Assembly: GCA_050084515.1 (NCBI GenBank)
Contig: CM114271.1
Span: 33,914,001-33,978,000 of the forward strand
DNA: 64,000 bases
From: Blasia pusilla
Taxonomy: Eukaryota
Direction of reading: 5' to 3'
Part shown: positions 12,551-24,150 of the stretch, piece by piece
Position numbering within the stretch: position 1 is the first letter of the stretch
How the letters are laid out: every line of letters starts with the position of its first letter
Translations under genes and position numbers: made by a program
Notes under the pieces: model-generated
Database searches by the model: none
Seen by the model: the letters and a program-made list of their open reading frames with translations, nothing else
What the model was told of the DNA's origin: nothing

Positions 12551-12809
12551 CTGGATTCTTAATCGTTATTTATTTATTATTTTTATTATTTAAACAGAAG
12601 ATTGGTAGTTATCAGTTGGAAACTTAATTTTGCGTATAAGAGGACAAGGAAGTCAACAACATGTGAGGAGGCAAAGAAAGCCGAAACTACAACGAGATAA
12701 TAGAAACAAATCAATACAAGTTCTAATTCAATGAGCCATCTGATTCTAGCACAAGTGATTGGTCAAATGTGAATGGAAGATGAGAAGAGAGCCACCTATC
12801 ACTCCTGCA

Positions 12810-12894
12810 CGAAAGCCAAAGATAGCCACGGCCTTGCGTTTAAGGCCGCGTAGACTAGGCCTTAGGCTCAGGCGGTTCGGGAAGGGTTTAGGCA
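12810..12894 (+). repeat. MULE left TIR
   Basis: cgaaagccaaagatagccacggccttgcgtttaaggccgcgtagactaggccttaggctcaggcggttcgggaagggtttaggca. Confidence 0.92.
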
Positions 12895-13254
12895 GTAATA
12901 AGTGTGGCAGATATCGCAGCGTCAGACGGACGGGGTTTGACGGACACTGGATATCGCAGCGTCAGACAGACGGGGTTCAGCGGACAGACGGCGTGCGTGC
13001 ACGGGATCCGACGGATGGACGGACGAACGAACGGGCGGATGGACGGACGTATTGACGTATGGACGGCTGGACGGACGGACGGCTTCAAGCCCGACGGAGG
13101 GTGTTTAGGGTTCGATCAACGAACGGAGGTGGGCGGCCTTGCAAAATTCTCTGAGGTGGTGGTAAGTGTTCTTTGTCGTTTTATTCGAGGAGGTCTGCCA
13201 AAATTCTCCTACTGCCGGAAGTCTTTGGAAGGAGGGAAGTAGAGAGAGTGAAAG

Positions 13255-13259
<5 letters not shown>

Positions 13260-13307
<48 letters not shown>
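13260..13307. repeat. (GA)n microsatellite inside the MULE
   Basis: Pure GA run within a duplicated subterminal module. Confidence 0.97.
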
Positions 13308-13310
<3 letters not shown>

Positions 13311-13652
13311 GTGTGTGAATACACCGGCATACTTTCGCGAGGGTTAAGAGTCGACGCCTCTTCATCTACCAGGGCCTTCTGTCATGGGAATTGCTCACCA
13401 TCGTCTGACCCTAAACCTCGTCTTCCACGTCTGATATGCGTGCACTGCTGCGTGTACAAAATTGGTCGAAGAATAGATAGCCCCGGCCTTGCGCTTCGCC
13501 TTTTCGCTCGTTTTGGCTCTTTTCGTTTCATTTTGGTGGGAAGTGTTCTTTGTCGTTTTACTCCGCATCTTCCCACATCCCGGCTCGAGGAGGTCTGCCA
13601 AATTCTCCTTCTGCTGGTGTTGGAAGATACTGAAAGAAGCGAGGGAGGGAGG

Positions 13653-13759
<107 letters not shown>

Positions 13760-14003
13760 TGGCGAGGTTAAGAGTAGACGTCTCTCCATCTACCAGGGCC
13801 TTCTGTCGTGGGAATTTCTCACCACGGCATTTACCACCCCGACCGCCACAATTTAGAGACGTATTGGAGTTTTGGGAGCGTTTCTTGAGGACGTCGCGGG
13901 ACCAATTTGTTGGTGAATGCTCGGGAGCAGGTTGCTTGGGCCGTCAATTGTACATGGTTCGGACGAAATTTCTCATCTCTCCACTTTTCAGCTTTGGATT
14001 GAT

Positions 14004-15385
14004 ATGCGTGACGTGGAAAGAGAAGAGAAATCGTCTGGTATGTGTGCACTTTCTAAAATATCCTTCATGTCTTTGAGTGTTTCTGAAGACATAAATACCA
14101 CGATGCACCAACTATATTCGCAAACTTTGGGAGCTGCCTCTTTCGTAATTTTGGACCACTTGATCGTATGGTGGTAACGTTTCAGAAGCAAGGTCGAAAA
14201 TATACCCTCTCAAACAACAGAGACTATCATCATCCACATGCTTCTCAACTTCTTTGAACAAAACCAGAGTAATACCTGTGTGGCTCTTGGCCGCGTTTAT
14301 ATTTGCAAGTGGTTAGTAACCCTTGTCCATTGTCCAACCTAGTTCTTTGAAGTTGTAACCATTTCATGTTTGTTGGAATCCTGATGCTGAGCTCATTTGC
14401 AATTCATGCAGGGCAGCGTTGCGCGTTCAAATTTCTTGCTGCTATCAAATCTGCCACTACTGTCGACCTAGGTCTTGAATGTGAATTTTCCTTGCGGTAG
14501 TCCTCAATTGTAGGGCTTGTAGAGTACTACGTATCGCATCATGTCCAATATCGTCTAGTTCTTAGATGCAAATGGGATGCATACTTTGAATATGTTAGTT
14601 AGGAAACTTGAAAATGTTACACGTTTCCTGTCCGGCAATCAAGGTTCGGTTGAAACATGGATGAGCCCCATCATTCATACAAACTCATGCCCTAATTTCT
14701 ATCTGGCAGATATTAATTGCAAACACACACTCCTACTATCCACTAATTATTTGGATGATTGGATCATTTTAGGGTTCCCTCTAGATACATACCATTGCAT
14801 AGAACATATAGCTAGGGATGCTGGGTACCACGTGGCTTTTAGTCCGAAAGCACGGTTGGTTGGAAATCACGTATGGTTTCACTCCTATTTCCAAAAAAGA
14901 GGAAACACTGAGTTTGTTGTAGTTGGTGACAAAAGAGGTAAGATGACAGCCCACAAGATTCCAGACATCAAGAATCTGATGGAGGCATCACAACAGAACA
15001 TGATATCAAAATTAGTATGCACTATCCGATTAAAGCGGAGGTTAAATGCCACAGAGGATGTAGATGATAGCAACAACGTCCCTTGGGTGATTGGGGTCAC
15101 TCCTAAAAGGGTTTACCTTATCGACCAGACTGACATTGATGATCAACTACACTTGGAAAAGGACCAACATGTGGATTTATCCGAAGTTATCAACTCCTTG
15201 GCCATTCTGAATTTAGCTCGGAGTAAGCTCTTTACATATTTTATTGAATTCATCCTCTTTTTACATACAGGTTGTGTTCTTTGGTAGGCTGAATTCAACA
15301 AACTAACTAATCAGGTATGCTTTACTCATCTCCTTGCAGCTGGAGGACAATCTTCTGCATCTTGAAAACCTTAGGAATGGTTAGG
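14004..15385 (+). pseudogene. MULE accessory gene A (spliced, degraded); possible F-box-like N-terminus
   Basis: GT..AG-bounded segments (donors near 14038, 14312, 15223; acceptors near 14185, 14411, 15339) and a long open segment 14577-15220. One frame of 14187-14311 reads ENIPSQTTETIIIHMLLNFFEQNQSNTCVALGRVYICKW. Confidence 0.45.
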
Positions 15386-15765
15386 AGATTAAGGGTTTGT
15401 GTTACCTTTTTGAGGCCTAGTTCTTATCGTACACCATATACTGAACTACCTACATATAGATCTTCAATATAGGGATAGTATTTATGTAAGCTAAAAACTC
15501 CAACTGGTTAGACAATCACGAATAATCCTCACGTCTACCTTTTAGACAACTTGTTTGGGCGGTCATGGGCAAGCCTCACGTCCTAAGAATACTGGTATTC
15601 CAAATGGCGAATTTTCATTGCCATGCATCTAGCTCTTCCTTTTTTATTTAGTTTGATATTTACTAAAGAGCATATAAGCTTAAACCTGATATGCGTATGC
15701 TCTCATCCGGGAAAATAAAAATCCACCTGAGAAATGCGTGCTCTGCTCGTGCCTCTTGTCTTTCA

Positions 15766-17900
15766 ATGCCCAAGGTAACAATTTCATGCTTACTTGTATG
15801 GTTGGTAATGTTTTTACATAGGGCTCATTTTACAAGGGACACACACAGAAAGAGCTATCCGCACTTGAGCCTCTAAACATGTTTGCTGCATTTATGGGCA
15901 AAAGCCCACCCCCGTCTCAAAAGCAGGCTTACCAAACATCACTGCGGAGGGATCCAGTGGAGTGGGTCCACTATTGCTACAGTGAGGAGCACAAGCAATA
16001 CATTTGCTTGTGCTCCAAGTGCATTGAATTTTTCTGCCAGCCGGAAACTTTCAACTCCCACATTGCGTCACAGTGGCTTAGGCGAGTGCCTAGCACACCT
16101 CGTATGACAGTGAAGAAGAAGTCAGGAGGCTGATATTCAAGGCATAGAAGATGACGATGAAGACGAGGGTAAGCATGGTTAGAACTATGTGATTGAATTA
16201 TAGATAGAACATGATCTACTTTGCTGGTTTTGCTCTTATGGGTCATAATCTCTCTCATCCACTGTCGCATCACGTACTTTCTATGCAGGGACTCACACAC
16301 ATCCTTCTTATGCCAATCTCAGACTTAGAGGCATAGTCTTGCAACGTTGGGCTAATCGAAAAAGGCAAAAGAAGAATGTTGTCCTCAACAAAGCCAAAGA
16401 CCATGCAAGAAGGGCTGTCGTGCCGTATGTCCCCATGCCTGCACTTACTGATCTGCTGATTGCATTTGAAGCTCATCAAACGCAGATTTCCAACAAACCT
16501 CCTGGGCATGCTTAGCCAAGGTGGAGGAGTTTGATAAGTCCTGGGAGGAATTGGAGAGTGCTCTGGTGCGCCCTACGACCATAGTGAGGGGATGGATAGA
16601 GGCCGGTCAAAAGCTTCTCCCTTCCAACATCCCTGATGATAGGGTATATCGTGCGACATATTGGAGATATCGTGTTGCGTTCCACCACTTATCTGCTGTG
16701 TGGATGATGGATAGGCAAGAACCATTTCGATGGGATGCCGGTTTAGAGACTAGAAAACAACAGGTTGAGCAGTCTCTTGCATTATTACATGGGATGCGCC
16801 GAGCACATCGGTATGCCTGGTTCATCAGCGAGCAATACTACCTCCCTCGATTCAAGTATAATTACCGGGTTTGGAAAGAAGCCAAAAACCCGTTTATACT
16901 AGCAAAAATGAGAGATAAAGTGACACGTATGTATGTGGATGGAGTTGGCTGCAGCCATGCGGATGTTGTGTCTAGGGTACAATCTTGTCCTTTCATTCTA
17001 GTCATTGAATTATCCCTCTCCATTGAAATTGCGCTAAGTTGGTACATTCTATGCATGGTTTCTACTCTTGTGCATTTCAAATGATTGGAATCTTGGTGTA
17101 CATGTGTGCAGGGAGTCCACAATCCATATGGAGATTGTGGACTCCAGTGACTCAGACTCTGTAGAAGATGGTCACCGGACTCCAATATCCGCAGGAACAC
17201 CCAGGATGGAGGAGAGGTTGGTTAGGCCTGACGTAGAGACTGTATACTCGGATGAGCCAATTGACTCTAACATTGTGCACCCACGGAATCAAAGACACAC
17301 CTCTAGATCCGGTAGGCCCATTATGGAGAAATCTTCTAGGGTCACACGTGATACAAGGAAATCTCCTCGCCTTCATCATGTAGTATCCTATGTAGGCCAA
17401 GGATCCCGTGGATACCGTAAGTCACCTAGCCCCGACCAAGTGGTGGTGCAGGCCGAGCCTACTGTGAGATCCAAGTATCCTACAGGGAGAACTAAAGAGT
17501 CCTTGAAAAGGAGGAGAAGGATTATGCTGGCCGAAATGAAGAAGAAGACGGACTTAGAGACGGGATTGCAGGTATACAACAAAAATAATTCTAAACCCTT
17601 TGAGAAACCGCTTTTTGTGGAAAAGTTGTACTTGCCTCACACATTCATGTGGCTTTTCAGCAGGTGCCGACAGGAGATGGACACCCTGTAGCGGTTGCTA
17701 TGAACTTGTACAATGATGGCGTGCTTAGCGGAAGTGACCAGGTTGTGTTTCATCCCCTTCAAACATTATTGTTTGAAGCATTAATGATCTTCAAAATCTG
17801 CAACGTACAATGCTAATTAAGGGCTCCAACACATGGGCTAGTAATTAGGTGGGGGGAGATGGACACATACAGCCAGGGGTAGTAGTGCCAAGTAAAGACC
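15766..17900 (+). pseudogene. MULE accessory gene B (spliced, frameshifted) with a C2H2-like zinc-finger segment and a basic S/R/P-rich tail
   Basis: ATG CCC AAG|gt (15766) splices in frame to GHTQKELSALEPLNMFAAF...YICLCSKCIEFFCQPETFNSH. Further GT/AG-bounded exons at ~16289-16976 and ~17112-17571; acidic EDDDEDE tract; internal frameshifts. Confidence 0.55.
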
Positions 17901-18349
17901 CACATGCTGATGTGGATGACGGAGACTTTCATTCTACTCTGCTGCCCCTTTTCTCCACTCCGTCATTGCAAGCGTTTGAAATGGAAACTTTGTCCACAAG
18001 TGGAGCTCGGCAGTGACATTAGAGCTATGACTTCATCATGTAATGACATGAACCAAGATAATATGCCTCTAAAACTTAAATCACATTTTTTCTAGACTAT
18101 AGACATATTTTGAACCTACTCACATTTGAAAATTTACATGTGTTGGTACATTGTGTGCAATTCAATTGGCTGTTGGAAATTTTGCAGACTCTGTATAAGA
18201 TCAGAATTTTTTTGGGGATGAACCTACTAGGTGCAGCCTGCCGGGTACTTGTAGATATAGAGTGTACCCGTGCCATGGAATGCTTTGAATTTATTGATGG
18301 ATGGAAGGAGTTTCTAACCAAATGCGGACACTAATGTCGTGGGAATGTT

Positions 18350-18615
18350 CATCAGGGGCTATCGGTATAAGATCTACATGAGGGGCTATTGGTATACCAT
18401 GTACATAGGGGGCTATTGGTAGAAAAATTTTGTTCCTTATGGGATGGCGGCTGCTTCAGTTTTTGCAGTTTTGCATATTTGCCTTGAGCACTACAATAGG
18501 GGCTATCGGTCGGACAATTTTGTTCCTTATGGGATGGCGGCTGCTTCAGTTTGTCAGTTTTGCAGACGTTCCTTTAGCACTACAACACGAAGCTACAATA
18601 GGTTGGACAATCTTA
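18350..18615. repeat. Direct-repeat array in the MULE intergenic region (~27-bp unit x3, then ~91-bp unit x2)
   Basis: ggggctat(c/t)ggt recurs four times; aattttgttccttatgggatggcggctgcttcagttt is duplicated. Confidence 0.85.
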
Positions 18616-19782
18616 TTTCCGTAACTTCACAAGATAGGGGGCAATGACGGTGTCCTTGTATTTATGCAATTTATGTTGGCATGCCCTAAAGGTGAACTTG
18701 TTTACTTGTTCTGTGTAGAGGGGAGATCTATGATGGTAATGAGGGAAGGATGGAAATGTTCTATCCTAATCCGTTGCCCCAGGGTTAGATGTAACTTAAG
18801 AAATCCCACATGTACTCTTCAATTGCCTATAATTTTTAAAAAAAATTTGAAGTGCATATTGTGAGTTGTGTTGTGTACATTGTGCGTTTGTCATTTTCAC
18901 ACACTTATGCATTCAACCAACCAAAGCAACTCTTGTCGACAATCTTTTTCTGTATGTTTGGTTTGTTACTGATAGTCTTCTATATTTGTTGAAGTTCTAA
19001 ACATGGCCTAGTACATATCCATGGATTTGGAACACTGTTTGTGAGGTGTTCAAGAAATGAACACTGGATTTGCGATGTTCATCTTGCATATGTTTTGTTT
19101 CACTACATATTACCGCAAACGCGTATTCTAGACAAGTCGTTGTTGCACTTCAACATTATTTAATGTTGTTTCACATTATTCATTTAGCGACGAATTTAGG
19201 TTCAACTAAGTTAGTTATGGTTGGGTCGAGGCCGCTAAAACTTTACGAAGAGGGACATGGCTCGAGGGTAGGGTTGGGAGCATGTCCAAAGCATTTTTTT
19301 CTAGTCAAGCCTATCTCCCTTACTTACAACTACTTTAGAGGAATCTCTATATGACCAAAGAGGCGGTGTTTTGCCTAAATGTGTGGAACTGCTGCCCGCG
19401 CGTCGTGGTTATGCCTCTACGGTGTGGAACATGACGCAGTATAATTGTGCCCCCTGTGCGTGGTTATGCCTCCGGTGTGGAATTGTGCACGGTATCGCTG
19501 CCCAACGTAGTTATGAAGTGCATTAATGATATTCAAAATGTCCATGGGATCTGGTCAGAGTTGCCAACGCGGTAGAAACTAGGTAGGTAACCAGACATGA
19601 TTCAAAAGTTTCTATTCAAGAATGGACAACATAATAAGGGGTGAACACATGTTTTCATGTATTCAATTAAAAAACATACAAAACACAACTTATCATGTGT
19701 TTCTGTGAAACACCTCCTACTTCGTGTTACAAGGACTTTACAACGCTATACTTCAGAGTATTAAAGGAGATTCAATTGGCTT

Positions 19783-22700
19783 TCACATAAGAGTTTCATC
19801 TTGAGAGTCTAAGATAATTATGGTGTCTTCGTTGGTTTGTCCTATAGCTCCAAGGTGTAATTCTATATCTTCTGGAATAGATGAATCAGTAAGGCTATCA
19901 AGCATAATATCCACTTTTGTCCTCTTTGAAACACTGGCAGACCTGTAGGTACTATGAGGTGTGGTGTTTACCAAAGGCCATTGGGAATCTGCATTTAAGC
20001 CATGGGACGGATTCTCATCAACTTGGCTCAATAGAGCCAGTAGGTCCAAATTAATACATGCCTCTCCTTCCATTTCTGCCTCCATGTTCAAAAACTTAGT
20101 TTTCCTCACTCTGTGGAAGGATCCCACTTGGTGCTCTTCGAAACTCGATTGAGTTCTAACAGGATTATGAGACCTTTGTTTTAAATGCATGCGGTCTAGC
20201 CAATTCAGGCACCTACGCATGCTACGGTTGTGTCCAGGATTCCCCACAAACGGCTCAGGAAAGTGTGTGGCAATGTCATTAGCATTACCTTTAACATGAG
20301 TGTTAGTCTCTACCCTGGCCTTGAGGTTCAACAATGAATCTAAATTCTTTTGTACTAGTTGAAACAAGTGTTCAAGGAGCATATCTGAGAATGGAAGCCC
20401 AAGGGTAGCGTTTAGGCATTTCTCTATGATGTCTCGAACATCCTTGGTGGTGGTTTTTGGTGAGAGATCTCTTCCTATAGGTTCAGCAAGCACATGGTCT
20501 TGTCCCTCATCCACAATATCTCCATCTTCGTCTTGCTGATCTTCTTCATGTAATTCATCCTTGTGTGGCTCTTGCACCAAATTTTCAAACCTGCCCGCTT
20601 TGCTTCCAAAGCGAGTTCCTAAGCAAGACAACAAGTGAACTTCTGTGTGGCCACACAGAAGAAGACATTTTTCCTGCAAACGCAGTGTGTTAAAATAGAT
20701 GGAATTCAGCTTGTTAAAATCTGATGTAAATACCCTAAATCGCATCAAAGTTGTATGAAGACAGACTTGATGTTTACAAGTGAAGCCTTTGTTGGCACGA
20801 GGACATGAACAAGCAGCATCTCTTGTATCGTAGTCGACCACATCATGCCAAACATCTGGCTTTGAAATACTTTTCACCTTCGCACATTTCCTCCCATTTA
20901 CCAATTCAAATGTGACATGATTATCCGGTATGTCATTTGCCCTTTTAATTGCCATGAGCATAACTTGTTGTATGGCCTTGTTTCTCACCATGCCTTCTCA
21001 TTTCAAGAAGCCTAGGTACCTGAAGAAATGTTCTATTTCACCAGTGAACATTGCACAAGCCATATCAGTTTTCTTGTTGGCTTGGCGGGCATGCTGGACG
21101 CTAGGTGCATCTTTAGAGTGTGGTGCCACCTTTCAATTGCAGCATCCGTATCTTGGTTGGACCTTGCGTGCTTACGATATCTCTTGGCCCTATTCAAAAA
21201 TTTTGGATGCCAGTAGCTTCCATAGTACTTCACAAAATGCCGTTCTAATCCAACCCACTTGCCCATGAATTGATAGGAGGCCTCGATGGGATATGAAATG
21301 GCATATGCAAATTATTTATTAGTCACTGAACGGTATGTGGAGGAAACACTCCAAGAAAGAGAAAAACATGTAAGTGTACTATCTGTTTGATTGATGATAT
21401 ACCTTCATCACGTGAGTACATTACACCACCCAAGTCTCTCTTCATGTTCGCTTTCGTAATTGGATAATGCACTCGTTGATGCAAATTCTTTAACCAGTTC
21501 TTGCGAACATGCCATAGGCAGAGGTCAATAGGGACACCTGGAAATACATTTCGGATAGCAGATTGTTCCTCTTTCGAATCATACACAATGAAGCATGAAG
21601 GCTTCCATTCAGTTGCCTATGTATCTTGCAGGCTTGAGTCTATATTCCTCTGTGCCTAGTCCTTGATTTGAGACAAGGTTTCCACCAGATCTTTGTGTTG
21701 ATGTTGTTGTAGGATTGCCCATACCAATGGCAGGCCATTCTAGAACTTATCACAACCCAATAATGTGAATAATTGATACTGTGAACACACATAACATAAT
21801 GTTCAGAATAGAAGACAAATGAAAACAGGCACTAGGGTATATGTAAGAAAATTCCCACAAAATAGAATGGTTAGTGATAAAGATGCAGCATTGACTCACC
21901 TATAATGTCCATTGAAAGTGGAAAACACACATGTGAATCATGTATACTTTGAAGACACTTTACAGTAAGTTCAAAATTTCCAACATTTCAAACAGTCCTT
22001 AAATAGGAGCATTTCCGGTTCCCTACTCCATGGCTCCATCAATTCTACAAGATGTCTACAACAAATGATAGGATCAAGGCCAACCAACCTCATAAGTGTT
22101 TGTGCCATGGGTTGCGTACATGGAGATGGCCCCGCCGTTCCCTAGCTCTAAGAGATTCTGGAGCATCCAAGGTGTGGAAAGTACAAGGCAAAAGGACTGG
22201 TCCAACTTGGAAATAGCCTCCCTGAAGTAAATTACATTCTCATGATGTGCTTGTACCGAGTGATGAATTGCAGTAGCGTCATCGGTTCCGTCATATCCCC
22301 CTTCTCGCCTTCGCATAGAATGCTTAATATTTAGTATGTCTTGATGCTTGAGCATGGCGTCCCTACCCCACACATGTTTCTGATTTGGGTTTTCACGGAT
22401 GTGTACGCGAATCCACCTCCTATGCTCTTTCATGATATTCTTGGGGCTTACATTCACTCTTAACAAGCGCTCTACAAAATCCCTGCAATGCAAACTTAGT
22501 TTTGGGGCGACAATTGCATTTGCAATATCTGCTATCTTATCCAAGTCACCATGGCATATCCGACCCTCCTTGTCCACATGGTTTGAATGAAGACGCTTTA
22601 ATATACAGAAACCAACACGATCTACTGGATAGATCACAACGAAGTAAAATTGGCATCCACGTCCTTGAGATAGTCCAAGGCGTTTGCTCTGGTTTTCAGG

Positions 22701-22960
22701 CCTGCTACACTTGCCCCCTATGCGACGAATGTTAGGGTCAAAGACGTAGTTGGGCAAAGATGTCCAAACCGACCTCCTACAATCATGCGGTCCATATGCG
22801 CACCAATATCGAATGGTAAGATTCTTGTGTCCTGATTTATCAATTTTGCTGATTCGGAAAGTAGTCTAAAAATGCAGTCTATATTCTTAACCACGGATGA
22901 AGTCATGTACCCTTTCAGCATGAATCCATGCCTCTTTTCGGTCACCATACCAAATGAGGT
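19783..22960 (-). pseudogene. MULE transposase (WRKY/FAR1-like N-terminal region, DDE domain, SWIM zinc finger); multi-exon, disrupted
   Basis: Motifs: GRGCQFYFVV...HSNH; GGAISMYATHGTNTY (the DxThgtN site); PSCFIVYDSKEEQSAIRNVFPG...LCLWHVRKNW (CxxH); TDAAIERWHHTLK (catalytic E region); CSCPRANKGFTCKH (SWIM CxC-x7-CxH). In-frame 93-bp intron at 20674-20766; frameshifts. Confidence 0.88.
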
Positions 22961-24065
22961 GTTCTCTTAAAAAAGGACCATGCGGTGGGTTCTGGATAGT
23001 ATCACATTCTAATGTAGTGGAATATTTTGTGTATTTCACCATGATGACAAAGTGGATAAAGACTTATGAGGGCTTTGAGAAGCTGCTAAGCACAAGAAGA
23101 AAACAAGAAAACAGCGAGGTCTATGTTCGGACCAGCAGATTTTCTCCAAATTACCCTTAGCACACGAAGCATGCATAGGGATTACTTAGTGATACTTAGT
23201 ATCATTCATATATCACTGAAACCCTACCAGTAAGGTACACCATGATTTCAAATACACTAACTCAAGTTTAAGAGAAGACTTCATATGATCAAACAAAGGG
23301 AAGAACGAGAAACCATCTTCTACTCCCACTACAAGAAAAAAATTTTTTGAGGGGTAAAGATACATACCTTGCAAATCATAGTATAAACCATTGTCATGTA
23401 GAAGTTGAGCTCATTCGCTCTGCGCACAGATGGGAGCCTTCTTTATCCGAATGTGTGACTTTATCTTCTATGTTTAGCTAATCCAAACACACATTTCCAA
23501 TGCCCGAACATTTCGGAACATCCTATCCCACGCTACACGCTCTCATCGAAGGCTCTTCTTAATCCGAAAAATGCTTGTTAATCGGCATGTAATGCGCACT
23601 AATATGGAAGTAATCCTCACTCATCCAACCTCCCCAAACCTCCCTCGCTAATCCTATCTTCTTGGACGCATATGGAAGGCAACAGTACAGGTAAACGCTA
23701 ATCCACATGGTAAACCCACCCTAACAGGAACAGCGATTCTGAAGCATACTCCATTTTCATTTGCGCGCGTTTCCTTCAATTACGCTAATCCACATGGTAA
23801 ACCCATCCTAACACGAACACGACGCTGCGTTTGTTTGTTCAAAACTGGATGGCGGGAAAGTATGCGATGAGGTCCAAACATGAGACAGATGGACTGCGAT
23901 ACGGAATGAATTAGGAGCGGACGGAGTGTGATACGGAACGGAAACGACGGGACGAACAGATTTCGATAACGGAACACTAATCGGGTTCGTCCCGTCATAT
24001 CAGATGCCAGAACGGACGATTGGAAAATCCAGAACGGGTACTCTATAGTTCACGGTTATTAACGT

Positions 24066-24150
24066 GCCTAAAGCGCTTCCCGAACCGCCTGAGCCTAAGG
24101 CCTAGTCTACGAGGCCTTAAACACAAGGCCGCGACTATCTATGGCTTTCG
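24066..24150 (-). repeat. MULE right TIR
   Basis: Reverse complement of the left TIR with few mismatches. Confidence 0.92.

Noticed and set aside
18350-18615. CRISPR-like repeat-spacer array
   Set aside because: The spacers are themselves similar, the context is a eukaryotic TE and no cas genes are present.
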